Shown one piece after another: positions 18,601 through 29,311 of a stretch of 64,000 bases of DNA. The translations under genes and the position numbers were made by a program. A model generated the notes under the pieces. The model saw only the letters and a program-made list of their open reading frames with translations. It ran no database searches and had not been told where the DNA came from. Numbering within the stretch: the first letter of the stretch is position 1; each line of letters begins with the position of its first letter. This DNA comes from an uncultured Gammaproteobacteria bacterium (GTDB lineage Bacteria > Pseudomonadota > Gammaproteobacteria > CAWJPQ01), in contig CAWJPQ010000002.1 in assembly GCA_963844825.1 (NCBI GenBank), positions 202,322-266,321 of the forward strand. Direction: 5' to 3'.

Positions 18601-19216
18601 GCTCGTGCACCCGCGCGTCGTCGATCATCGCCCGGATGTGGGCGTCGCTAACCAGGGTCAGGGTGTTGATCTCGTGGGAGGTGCGGAACCCGTCGAAGAA
18701 ATGGAGAAAGGGCACCCGGGTGCCCAGGGTGGCGGCCTGGGCGATCAGCGCCGAATCGTGGGCCTCCTGCACGGAGGCCGATGCCAGCATGGCGAAGCCG
18801 GTGGTGCGCACGGCCATCACATCGGAGTGATCGCCGAAGATCGACAGGGCCTGGGTGGCGACCGAGCGCGCGGCGACGTGAAAGACGCTGGAGCTGAGCT
18901 CGCCGGCGATCTTGAACATGTTGGGGATCATCAACAGCAGGCCCTGGGAAGCCGTGAAGGTCGTCGTCAGGGCGCCCCCCTGGAGAGACCCATGCACCGC
19001 GCCGGCGGCCCCGCCCTCGCTCTGCATCTCCTGGATGACCGGCACGTTGCCCCAGATGTTGGTGACGCCCGCGACCGTCCACTCGTCGGCGAGCTCGGCC
19101 ATGGGCGAGGCCGGCGTGATAGGATAGATCGCGCAGACCTCGTTGACCCGGTAGGCGATGTGGGCCACGGCCGTGTTGCCGTCCATGGTGGCGACCTGTC
19201 CGTTCATCTCACTCAT
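15614..19216 (-). CDS. nifJ: Pyruvate:ferredoxin (flavodoxin) oxidoreductase, single-polypeptide NifJ/YdbK type
   Basis: About 1200 aa from ATG 19216. It starts MDGNTAVAHIAYRVNEVCAIYPITPASPMAE. It has two ferredoxin-type CxxCxxCxxxCP motifs (CIQCGQCSFVCP, CTGCGLCIEACP) and the TPP region GGDGWAYDIGYGGLDH. Confidence 0.9.
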   Translation of the reverse strand: MSEMNGQVATMDGNTAVAHIAYRVNEVCAIYPITPASPMAELADEWTVAGVTNIWGNVPVIQEMQSEGGAAGAVHGSLQGGALTTTFTASQGLLLMIPNMFKIAGELSSSVFHVAARSVATQALSIFGDHSDVMAVRTTGFAMLASASVQEAHDSALIAQAATLGTRVPFLHFFDGFRTSHEINTLTLVSDAHIRAMIDDARVHEHRLRALNPEHPFIRGTAQNPDTFFQGREAVNRFYAAVPDIVQAAMDDFAGLTGRQYRLFDYDGPDDAERVVVLMGSGAETARETAAALRAGGEKVGVVQVRLYRPFSAPHFLAALPQSCRAVAVLDRTKEPGAGGEPLYLDVVECLARAFSSGQRATLPKIIGGRYGLSSKDFTPAMAKAVFDELKKSEPRHGFTVGINDDVTHTSLEIEPDYCIEPDDAVRAVFYGLGADGTVGANKNSAKIIAGQPGLHAQAYFVYDSHKSGAQTVSHLRFGPRPIRSPYLIESANFVGCHQFHFLERLDVLRLAGHGAVFLLNSPHGPDEVWDHLPRSVQRQIIDKRLKFFVIDATRVAREVGLKTRTNTVLQTCFFAISRVLPRDEAIEQIKVSIRKTYGRKGEELVRRNFKAVDETLSQLHEVTVPLDATSTFDRAPPVPDSAPEFVRQVTAEMFRGLGDRIPVSLMPEDGTFPSGTAMWEKRNVADQVPVWRPDLCIQCGQCSFVCPHSVIRGRYYDEERLTEAPPSFKSAPINARGYPGVNFSLQFYVEDCTGCGLCIEACPAHSPVESGVKAINLEPKAPLVEAERANIAFFEGLPVNDRARVDFENVRGVQFLEPLFEFSGACAGCGETPYLKLLSQLFGDRAMVANATGCSSIYGGNLPVTPWSKDREGRGPAWSNSLFEDNAEFGLGFRLAADKHLDLAAARLKSLSSELGGERVDAILNAPQVRESEIRAQRVRVAELKTRLLELAEGNETARDLLTVVDHLVRRSVWIVGGDGWAYDIGYGGLDHVLASGRDVNCLVLDTEVYSNTGGQASKATPLGAIAKFAAAGKRVPRKDLALQAVAYGNVYVAQVAMGANPQQTLQAFREAEAYQGPSLILAYSHCIAHGFDLRYGMKQQDLATASGYWPLFRYSPTMRGIGENPFRLDSPRPTIPLKDYAYNELRYRALSLTRPADAEALLRQAQAGVKDKYRSYEQLASLDGGPAPGRPDRGGNDS

Positions 19217-20849
19217 CCCCGCCGGGCTCGGCCACCATCTCGATGGCGTGACAGGGACAGGCCTCGAAGCACACCGCGCAGCCTGTGCACTTGTCATAGT
19301 CATAGCGATAGCGCCGGCCGGGCCCGAGCTTGACGATGGCCTCCTCCGGGCAGGCGGCATAGCAGTTGTCGCACTCGAAGCAGTTGCCGCAGGACAGGCA
19401 GCGCCGGGACTCGAAGCGCGCCTCCTGTTCGCTCAGGCCGCCGACAATCTCCTCGAAGCCGCGCAGCCGCTCGGCGACGGACAGGGTCTTCTGCGGGCTG
19501 GACTCGGCATCACTGTAGACGGGCAGACGCATCATGTCGAAGGTCACCAGCGGGTGCTTCTCGTCCCGCTCGAAGGTTTCGCCCCGCAGCCACGCATCGA
19601 TATGCCGCGCCGCCCGTTTGCCGTGCCCCACCGAGGCGGTGACCGAGCGCTCGCCGGACACCAGGTCGCCGCCGGCGAACACGCCGGGGCAACCGGTCAT
19701 CATGTCGGGGCCGACCTTGACCACCCCGTCCGCCCCGATCTCGACGCCCGGCACCTGGTTGAGAAAGGCGCTGTCGGTCTCCTGGCCCACCGCCAACACT
19801 ACCGCGTCGGCGTCGAGGGTCTCGAGCCGGCCCGTCGGCCGGGGCTGTCCGTTCTCGTCGAGCTCCATGGTCTCGACGGTGAGCTGCGACCCGGCGATCC
19901 CGCGGATCGTGCTGAGCCACTTGACCTTCACGCCCTCCTCCCGGGCCTCGTCGATCTCGAAGGCATGGGCCGGCATGTGGGTCCGGTCGCGGCGATAGAC
20001 GATGAGCGCCTCCTCGGCACCCAGGCGCCGAGCCGTGCGGGCCGCATCCATGGCCGTGTCGCCGCCCCCGTAGACCACCACCCGGCGCCCCAGGCGCGGC
20101 GGCTCGCCGCCCGGCACCTCGTGCAGGAGGGACACGGCGTCGAGCACCCGGGCGGCGTCGCGCGCGGGGATATCCACATGCTTGCCCACCCCGGCACCGA
20201 TCGCGACGAACACCGCGTCGAAGCCGCCGGCATCCTTCTCGCCAAGCAGGTCCCGGACCTTGTGGTTGGTGACGATCTTCACGCCCATGGCCTCGATGCG
20301 CCCGATCTCGCGCATCAGGTCCTCCCGCGGCAGCCGGTAGGCCGGAATGCCGAAGTGCATCATGCCGCCGGCCAGCGGTCCCGCGTCGTGGATCTCGACG
20401 GTATGGCCGAGACGGGCCAGGTGATAGGCGGCCGACAGCCCGCTCGGCCCGGCGCCGACCACCAGCACGCGCTTGCCGGTGGGCGCCTTCTCGATCTTCA
20501 GGGGCCAGTCTTCCCGGGCGGCCATGTCCCCCAGAAAGCGCTCGACGGCGTGGATGCCCACCGCCGCGTCGAGTTCACCGCGGTTACAGGCCGTCTCGCA
20601 GGGGTGATAGCAGACCCGACCGTGCACCGCCGGCAGCGGGTTATCGCGCACCAGGGTCTCCCAGGCCCGGCGGTACTTGCCCGCCTGTGCCAGCTCGAGC
20701 CAGGCCTGGATGTTCTCCCCGGCGGGGCAGGCGTTGTTGCAGGGGGGGAGCAGATCCACGTAGACGGGGCGCCTCACGCGCACGGCCCCGGCGCCCTTCT
20801 CCCGGGTCAGGTCAACCACCGGCGTCATGTCCCGGCGCATGGCACACAT
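19209..20849 (-). CDS. GltD-like NAD(P)H-dependent oxidoreductase with a C-terminal 2x[4Fe-4S] ferredoxin domain
   Basis: N-terminal Fe-S Cys region (CNNACPAG...CYHPCETAC), dinucleotide fold VLVVGAGPSGLSAAYHL, and C-terminal CLSCGNCFECDNCYAACP and CTGCAVCFEACP. Confidence 0.8.
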   Translation of the reverse strand: MCAMRRDMTPVVDLTREKGAGAVRVRRPVYVDLLPPCNNACPAGENIQAWLELAQAGKYRRAWETLVRDNPLPAVHGRVCYHPCETACNRGELDAAVGIHAVERFLGDMAAREDWPLKIEKAPTGKRVLVVGAGPSGLSAAYHLARLGHTVEIHDAGPLAGGMMHFGIPAYRLPREDLMREIGRIEAMGVKIVTNHKVRDLLGEKDAGGFDAVFVAIGAGVGKHVDIPARDAARVLDAVSLLHEVPGGEPPRLGRRVVVYGGGDTAMDAARTARRLGAEEALIVYRRDRTHMPAHAFEIDEAREEGVKVKWLSTIRGIAGSQLTVETMELDENGQPRPTGRLETLDADAVVLAVGQETDSAFLNQVPGVEIGADGVVKVGPDMMTGCPGVFAGGDLVSGERSVTASVGHGKRAARHIDAWLRGETFERDEKHPLVTFDMMRLPVYSDAESSPQKTLSVAERLRGFEEIVGGLSEQEARFESRRCLSCGNCFECDNCYAACPEEAIVKLGPGRRYRYDYDKCTGCAVCFEACPCHAIEMVAEPGGDE

Positions 20850-21037
20850 CAGTCCGTCAATCTCCGTGCGGTCGTCACTGTACCCGGTTCCCCGCGCCCC
20901 TTGATTGCGATCACCGGCGGCTGCGCCGATGATGCATCACTGTGAATGGATGCTGCTTCATTGTCGACGGTAGAAGTCAACATAGCGAGTCTTATAATCG
21001 ATTGCAATCCTGCCGCCCCCCTTCGATTTAGCATTTA

Positions 21038-21051
21038 TTGATAAAGATCGA
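21038..21051. promoter_or_regulatory. FNR/CRP-family-like box TTGAT-N4-ATCGA upstream of the gltD-like/nifJ operon
   Basis: TTGATaaagATCGA matches the TTGAT-N4-ATCAA consensus at 9 of 10 positions. It lies about 190 nt upstream of the start at 20849. Confidence 0.25.
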
Positions 21052-21252
21052 AGCAATCGCAGTTACACCGATCGTTGACACACAACCTAACCCACCGCGC
21101 CGCGTCATGGATTGACATGCATCAAAAGACAGCCCCTGCGCACGATTCGTGGGAGGACCTTACTCGCCGTGAGCACCAGGCGTGTGATGTTAAAGGTCAA
21201 TGGAACCGCAACGGCCTATTTGGGAGCGCATTTTTCGCGATCGGATTTTTGC

Positions 21253-21388
21253 ACTCTCGCCAAGGCGCCAAGAACGCCAAGAAATCAATATTTGTGTTCC
21301 TGCAGCCGTACCATTTTGGGCTTTCCTCGCCAACACGCCGGGATGGAAACCCTTCTGTTCCCTTGGCGTGCTTGGTGTCTTGGCGAGA
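21253..21388. repeat. Imperfect 28-bp inverted repeat pair separated by about 80 bp
   Basis: ctctcgccaaggcgccaagaacgccaag pairs with cttggcgtgcttggtgtcttggcgagag, with about 24 of 28 positions complementary. Confidence 0.6.
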
Positions 21389-21544
21389 GCATAGAGATAC
21401 GCCGCCGGTGTTTACCCGCTTCCCCCCAGTTACACGGAAGGCAATAAGGGGTAAGGAAAACAACACCCTCCTGGGGAAGAGGGGATCCATGGAAGCAGGT
21501 CCTTGTATCGATCCCCTCAACCTGTCTTCTACCCTAACCTGTAC

Positions 21545-21640
21545 GCTTTACGTAGGTGGCCCGCGACAGCTCCGGGATCGCCGCCACGTCCCGGGGATCG
21601 GAGCGCACCAGCACGATATCCGACGACTCCGATCAAGGGA
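21545..21640 (-). pseudogene. Remnant (~30 codons) of a second heavy-metal P-type ATPase
   Basis: The minus-strand frame reads SDIVLVRSDPRDVAAIPELSRATYVKR. This is the conserved block that follows the [10 protein letters not shown] hinge of P1B ATPases. There is no ORF context on either side. Confidence 0.55.
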
Positions 21641-21821
21641 TCAGAGTACTTGAAAGCCACTTGATCGACCACCTTGATACGCTTTATCCACCATAAGGGG
21701 GGCATAGGTGCCTGCTGCCTGGGATCCATTCGTGGACTTGGGGCGGAAAGGGCGCTTATCCTTCTTGTATGCGCTAAGCGTCACCGAAAGACATATGCAG
21801 ACGGGAGGTGTGAGGATGTGA

Positions 21822-23667
<1,846 letters not shown>

Positions 23668-23671
<4 letters not shown>

Positions 23672-24045
23672 GATTGCCTCTTGGTCCAACCCGCAGAACG
23701 AGGGTCATGGCGGTGTCGCTTGTTCTGGCAGGACTGAGCCCCTTGCTTGTGGGTTGTGACCGGGCGGGTTCCGGCCATCATATGATGGGGGGCGGCATGA
23801 TGAGTCAAATGCCGCTCGGCAATGGCAATCAGGTTTTGCCGGAACAGCAGTCGGCCGGGGCACGGTTGTTTCGAACTAATTGTGCTCAGTGCCATGCGCT
23901 TCCCGCACTGACAGCGCACACCGCGCAGGACTGGCCTCAGGTCGTGGCCCGGATGAAACAGCATATGGTGACACAGGGCAGGACTGTGCCGGATCGCGAA
24001 CAGCTTGAGAACTTAATAGAGTACCTGCAGCGGCATGCGGGGTGA
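23668..24045 (+). CDS. Small lipoprotein-type c cytochrome with a Met/His-rich segment (copper-resistance associated)
   Basis: Lipobox LLVGC, then [12 protein letters not shown] and a single CAQCH motif. It overlaps the copA stop by 4 nt. The start may be the internal ATG (MAVSLVLAG). Confidence 0.6.
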
Positions 24046-24230
24046 CTGCGGCCAGGGTTTCAAGGAGGTATCCTGCATGAAGCACCAGCAGCTACGCAGG
24101 GTGGAAGACCCATGTGCCATCCCACATTGTTGATGTCAGTGTGTGTCGGCGGTTTTAGGGAATTGACAGCGCAAGCCGCCTTGGCGCGTTTACGCCCTTA
24201 CCGGCCAGTCCTCACAAATGAGGCGTTGAA

Positions 24231-24490
24231 ATGCTTGATGGGGTAATGCTGCTTTGGTTCGCGCTTACTGTGCTGTCTCTGCTGTTTGTAGCGGTTGATA
24301 TTCGCACTACGCCCGAATCCCCGGTCCTCAAATGGGGCTTCGTATTGCTTACCGCATACACAGGGCCATTTGGTGCCTTTCTTTACGTCCTCGGCTGCCG
24401 GGAACCGCTGCCGGGACTGCATGAACGCTATGTTGCAGTGCGCTGGCGGCAGGTCCTCGGCTCGACGATGCATTGTGTGGCGGGCGATGG
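24231..24490 (+). pseudogene. Truncated DUF4396-like membrane protein
   Basis: The first ~85 codons look like a membrane protein (LLWFALTVLSLLFVAVD..., STMHCVAGDG). The ORF then runs into unrelated sequence. Confidence 0.4.
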
Positions 24491-24510
24491 CGTGCAGCTT
24501 CTGGCCGTAG

Positions 24511-24625
24511 TACCTGCTGGGCTACAACCTGTCCGTGGCGGTGGCGGCAGGCTTCGTCGCCCTCGCCGGAGTGACTGCGGAGATCGGGGTCGTGATGGTG
24601 ACATACCTGAATCAGTCCGTACACG
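24511..24625 (+). pseudogene. cusA: Remnant of a CusA-type (HME-RND) efflux pump gene
   Basis: The frame reads YLLGYNLSVAVAAGFVALAGVTAEIGVVMVTYLNQ. This matches the conserved C-terminal TM region of CusA/CzcA (LLGYNLSVA..GFIALAGVAAE.GVVML). It is truncated on both sides. Confidence 0.6.
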
Positions 24626-24783
24626 GGGGCGTTGCATGTCGTATCCCCTTTACCTCGGCTCTCTCCCCAGAGGGGAGAGGGGACACGTAACAGTTGCGCT
24701 ACTCGCAGGGACGAAGAGGAAAAGGGAATTGCCCTCGCCAAAAGGAAGACGGGCATGATGACCGATGCACTGCGGGGATCACA

Positions 24784-26806
24784 TCAGAACAGGCCGAACA
24801 GGCGCTTGCCGGGCTTGGGGTGGCTGTCCAGCAGTTTCACCAGGTCCTTGCGCCCCAGGGCCTCGGCGAGGGAGCGGGCCTGCTCGCGCTTGTCGTTGCG
24901 GATATCCGGATCGGCGCCGGCATCCAGCAGCGCCCGTGCCGCCTCCACGTGACCGGCGGCCACGGCCAGGAGCAGTGCGGTGTTGCCGACCGCATTGCGG
25001 GCATTGATGTCCGCCCTGGCGGCCAGGAGCCGGCGGATGACCTCGGCATGGCCCTGGTCCGCCGCGAGCATCAGGGGGGTGTTGCCGCTGTCGGTGCGCC
25101 GGCCGGCGTTCGCGCCATGGTGGAGCAGCGCCTCCACAACCTGGGCGCTGCCTTGAAAAGCGGCGCGGGCCAGGGGCGTCACTCCGTCCCGGTCGGGGCT
25201 GTCGAGGGCGGCGCCATGGCGAAGGAGCACCGCCACCCGAGCCATGCGGCCGGCGTCGGCGGCGTACCATAGGGGGGTGCGCCCCACCCGGTCCCTGGCA
25301 TTGACCCCGGCGCCGCGCTCGAGCAGGGCCTGCAACAGCCCCGGTGTCCCCCTCTGGGCCGCCCAGACCAGGGGGCTCGCCCCATCGCGGGCGGCGATGC
25401 GGGCATCGGCACCGGCGCCGAGCAGCGCCCGGGCGGCCGCCTCGTGGCCCTCGCGCACACTGATCATCAAAGCCGTCTCCCCGTCGTCGCGGCGGGTGTT
25501 CACCTTCGCCCCGGCCCGCACTAAGGCGCGGATGGTCCCGGCATGGTCGTTTTGCGCGGCCCACATGAGGGGCGTCATGCCGTTGGACTGGCGGGCGTTG
25601 ACCTGGGCGCCCGCCGCCGCCAGCCGGGCCACGATCTTTGCGTAGCCCTGCATCGCCGCGCGGCTCAAGGCGGTATGGCCGTCCGCATCACGGAAGTTCA
25701 CATCGGCGCCGGCGGCGAGCAGGGCCCCCACCGCCTCGGCCTGGCCCCGCCATGCGGCCACCATCAGGGCGGACCAGCCCTTGTAGGCGGCAATGGTCCC
25801 GTCGCCGCCCCGGGCCATGGCCGTGATAGCGCTCAGGGGCACCTTTTTTTCAGTCCCCGCCGGGCGGGCGGCGGGGGCGGCGCCGTGGGCCTTCAATGCG
25901 GCAACCAGCAGAGGCCGGTCCTGGTCCATCGCCACGTCCATGGCGGTCCAGCCCTTCTTATTCTTGATGTCCACAGCGGCGCGGCGCGCCAGCAGGGCCT
26001 GCGCCAGCGCCCGGTTGCCCTTCATGACGGCGATGATCAAAGGGGTGTTGCCGTTGGCGTCCCGGACATCGATGGCGGCCCCGGCCCCGAGCAGGGCGTC
26101 GACAACCGCCTCGTGCTCTTCGTTGACGGCGGTAAGCAGCGCATCATCACCGTAGCGGTCCTTGGCGCGATAGTCGGCCCCGTGGTCCAGCAGCAGCTTG
26201 ACCATCGCTTCGTCAGCCCGGCGGGCAGCCGCCATCAGCGGGGTACGGCCATAACGGTCCGCGGCATTGACCGGGGCATGGCGGGCCAGCAGGCGGCGTA
26301 CCGTGTCGCTGTCGCCCTGCTCCACCGCCCAGCGCAGCTGCGTCTGCAAATCAGGCGCCGCGCCGCGGTCCGACGCGGGCGGCCCATCATCGGCCAGGCG
26401 CTTGAGCTTGGCCCGGGCCATGGAATGGCCGGCGGCGGCGGCGCGCCGGTACCACGCCCGGGCCTGCTCGGCGTCGGCCCGGGTCCCCCAGCCGTGCTCG
26501 TACATCACGCCCAGGTTGTACTCGGCCTTGGCATTGCCTTGGCGGGCCGCCCGCTGCAGCCAGTAAAAGGCCCGCGCATGGTCCTTGGGCACGCCCCGGC
26601 CGGCGCGGTACAGGGCCGCCAGCTGATACTGGGCCTCGGCGTCCCCACGCTCGGCCAGCGGCTTCAATAACCGCGCCGCCCGGTCATAGTCCCTGAGGCG
26701 GGTGGCGGCCTCCACCTGGTCCATCGCCTGGCTGCCGGCATGGGCAACGGGCACCAAGAGTGAGCAGGACAAGGACGGCCAGGAGCAGGGAGGCGGCGGA
26801 TTTCAT
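24784..26806 (-). CDS. Secreted Sel1-repeat plus ankyrin-repeat protein; one frameshift in the signal peptide as sequenced
   Basis: Sel1 repeats (AEAQYQLAALYRAGRGVPKD, AKAEYNLGVMYEHGWG) are followed by more than 12 ankyrin repeats (GRTPLMAAA...LLLDHGAD). ATG 26806 encodes MKSAASLLLAVLVLLTL in a frame offset by one. Removing one base near 26754 restores ...LVPVAHA|GSQA. Confidence 0.8.
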
Positions 26807-26810
26807 GGTC

Positions 26811-28127
26811 TCACGCGGTCCCGAACTTGGTTTCCACTTCAATCCCGATCGCCTTTAAAAACGGCGTCGGCAGGATGCCGCCGGCACACACGATGACCGC
26901 GTCGTTGGCCACCTCCAGATCCTTGCCGTCCTGGGCCAGGACCACCCGGTCCGCACCGACCTCTCGCACCTCGGAGCTCAACAGGACCTGCAGGCGCCCG
27001 GCACGCCGGGCCGCTTCCACCGCCTGGCGGTTCTTCTCCTTGGCGCGGCCGAAGGCGGCGCTGCGATAGGACAGGGTGACATGGGTGCCCGGCTGCTCGG
27101 CGATACTGACCGCCGCCTCCAGGGCGCTGTCGCCGCCGCCCACCACCAGTACGCGCCGATCCCGATACTGGGCGGGATCGATGAGGCGGTACACCACCTT
27201 CGATTGGTCCTCCCCGGGCACGCCCAGGGTCCGGGGCGTGCCGCGGCGGCCGATGGCCAGGAGCACGGCCCGCGCGGTATAGCGCCCGCGGGGGGTGGCG
27301 ACCTCGAAACCGGCATCGGTCCTGGCAATCGATTCGACCCGCTCGTGGTAGTTGATCCGCAGGCCGGTCTGTTGCTCGACGCCCTGCCAGAACGCCAGCA
27401 GGGCCTCCTTGGTGGTCTCGGTCAGCTTCACCTTGCCCACCAGGGGCAGGTGCACCGGCGCGGTCATGACCACTTTGCCCCGCGGGTAGTGGGACACGGT
27501 CCCGCCCAGGGAGTCCTGCTCCAGGGTCACGAAGCTCATTCCGAGTTCCATGGCGGCCAGGGACGCGGCGATGCCGGCGGGTCCGGCACCGACGATCGCC
27601 ACATCCAACACCCCCTCGTCCCGCCGCCCGCCGCCGCTCGCCCGGCGCACCGCCTCCATGGCCTGGCGTCCCTGCTCCACGGCGTTGCGGATCAGTCCCA
27701 TGCCGCCCAGCTCGCCGGCGATGAAGATGCCGGGCACCGAGGTCTCGAAGTTGGGTTTGAGCAGCGGGATATCCACGCCGCGCTTCTCGGTGCCGAAGAC
27801 CAGGGTAATGGCATCCACGGGGCAGGCCGCCCGGCAGGCCCCGTGACCGATGCAGTGGCTGGGATTGATCAAGGCCGCCTTGGTGCCGATCAGCCCCAGG
27901 ACCTTGTCCTCCGGGCAGGCGCTGGCGCACGCCCCGCAGCCGATGCAGCGCATGGGATCGATCAGCGGGTGCAGGGAGACCGGGTCGTTCAAGCCGGCGC
28001 TTTCGGCGGCCTCCTGAAGGGCACGGTTGGCCCGCTGCTTCTTAGACCAGCCCCGGATATAGGCGAGCCAGATCAGCACCAGGACACCGATATAAACAAC
28101 CGTTTGCAGATCCGCGACGTTCATCAT
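26811..28127 (-). CDS. Membrane-anchored 2x[4Fe-4S] ferredoxin domain fused to an FAD/NAD(P)-dependent (thioredoxin-reductase-like) oxidoreductase
   Basis: N-terminal TM helix VVYIGVLVLIWLAYI. Fe-S motifs CIGCGACASACP and CIGHGACRAACP. Two dinucleotide folds, VAIVGAGPAGIAASLAA and VLVVGGGDSALEAA. Confidence 0.75.
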   Translation of the reverse strand: MMNVADLQTVVYIGVLVLIWLAYIRGWSKKQRANRALQEAAESAGLNDPVSLHPLIDPMRCIGCGACASACPEDKVLGLIGTKAALINPSHCIGHGACRAACPVDAITLVFGTEKRGVDIPLLKPNFETSVPGIFIAGELGGMGLIRNAVEQGRQAMEAVRRASGGGRRDEGVLDVAIVGAGPAGIAASLAAMELGMSFVTLEQDSLGGTVSHYPRGKVVMTAPVHLPLVGKVKLTETTKEALLAFWQGVEQQTGLRINYHERVESIARTDAGFEVATPRGRYTARAVLLAIGRRGTPRTLGVPGEDQSKVVYRLIDPAQYRDRRVLVVGGGDSALEAAVSIAEQPGTHVTLSYRSAAFGRAKEKNRQAVEAARRAGRLQVLLSSEVREVGADRVVLAQDGKDLEVANDAVIVCAGGILPTPFLKAIGIEVETKFGTA

Positions 28128-28367
28128 GTCAGGGCCCGACTATAGCCCGGGTCTTTGGCCGACAACGTGAACTCCATCAAACAACTCCTCTCGGTGTTCG
28201 GCTTTAATCTACCCACACCCCCATACCCTCCCCCGCTGCCGTAGATGCCCCCTCATGAAGGCATGCCCCTTGCCGCTAATGAGACAATAGTTTACTAATA
28301 TGGGCAATATTTCCCAAATTTTTAATTTTTTTCTATATAATGGGCCCCTAATCAAAGGTACGCGGGT

Positions 28368-29306
28368 ATGGCAAATCAAATACAAACAACCATCGCCGCC
28401 GCCAACGCCGCCGATCCGGGGGTCGGCGGCAGCACCGCGGCCCCGGCGCCGCCCCCCAGGCGTCGGCCGCTCCGCCACCTGGGCACCCTGCTGTTTTCGG
28501 CCATGGTCCTGACGCTCCTGTGGGCGGGCTGGGAAAATCGCGACTATCACTACCTCACCGCCAAGAACGGCCTGGGCTATGCCCTGGGCATTACCGGCGG
28601 GGTATTGATGCTGGTGCTGCTCCTGTACCCGGCGCGCAAGCGCGTGCGCTTCATGCGCCGCCTGGGGCCGGTGAAGTACTGGTTCAAGAGCCACATGATG
28701 CTGGGCGTGCTCGGCCCCACCTGCATCCTGTATCACGCCGATTTCCACCTGGGGTCGCTGAACAGCAACATCGCCCTGATCTGCATGCTCATGGTGGCCG
28801 GCAGCGGGCTGGTGGGACGCTTCATCTACACCAAGATCCACTACGGCCTGTACGGGGGCCGGGCAACCCTGGAACAGCTGCGCCGGGACAAGGACGAGAC
28901 GGGGGGCCAGTTAGCGACACTGCTGGCCCTGGCCCCCCACCTGGGCGAGCGCCTGCAGGCCTATGAAAACGCCGCCCTGGCGCCCTCCCGGGGCATGATC
29001 CACGGCCTGGTCAAGCGCCTGACCCTCGGCCTGCGCGCCCGCTGGACGCGCTTCACGCTGCTGCGCCGCCTGCGCGGGGCACTGCGCCGCCAGCGGCGCG
29101 ACGCCGGCCTCGACACCGCCACGATGCGCCGTCATTACCGCAGCGCACGCCGTTACCTGGACACCTACCTGGCCACCATCCAGCGCATCACCGTGTTCAG
29201 CTTCTACGACCGGCTGTTCTCCATGTGGCACGTCCTGCACCTGCCCCTGTTCCTGATGATGCTGGTGTCGGGGATCATCCACGTGATTGCGGTGCACATG
29301 TACTGA
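28368..29306 (+). CDS. Polytopic inner-membrane protein with conserved intramembrane His residues (possible b-heme/quinone-side module), first gene of the cytochrome operon
   Basis: 312 aa with several hydrophobic helices carrying His (WFKSHMMLGVLGP, ILYHADFHLGS, MWHVLHLPLFLMMLVSGIIHVIAVH). A perfect TATAAT at 28336-28341 lies 27 nt upstream. The next gene starts 6 nt after the stop. Confidence 0.6.
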   Translation: MANQIQTTIAAANAADPGVGGSTAAPAPPPRRRPLRHLGTLLFSAMVLTLLWAGWENRDYHYLTAKNGLGYALGITGGVLMLVLLLYPARKRVRFMRRLGPVKYWFKSHMMLGVLGPTCILYHADFHLGSLNSNIALICMLMVAGSGLVGRFIYTKIHYGLYGGRATLEQLRRDKDETGGQLATLLALAPHLGERLQAYENAALAPSRGMIHGLVKRLTLGLRARWTRFTLLRRLRGALRRQRRDAGLDTATMRRHYRSARRYLDTYLATIQRITVFSFYDRLFSMWHVLHLPLFLMMLVSGIIHVIAVHMY

Positions 29307-29311
29307 CGGCA

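Noticed and set aside
21075-21653. 192-aa plus-strand ORF in the region between the PFOR operon and copA
   Set aside because: It spans the inverted repeat and a minus-strand ATPase remnant. It has no RBS and no protein-like composition.
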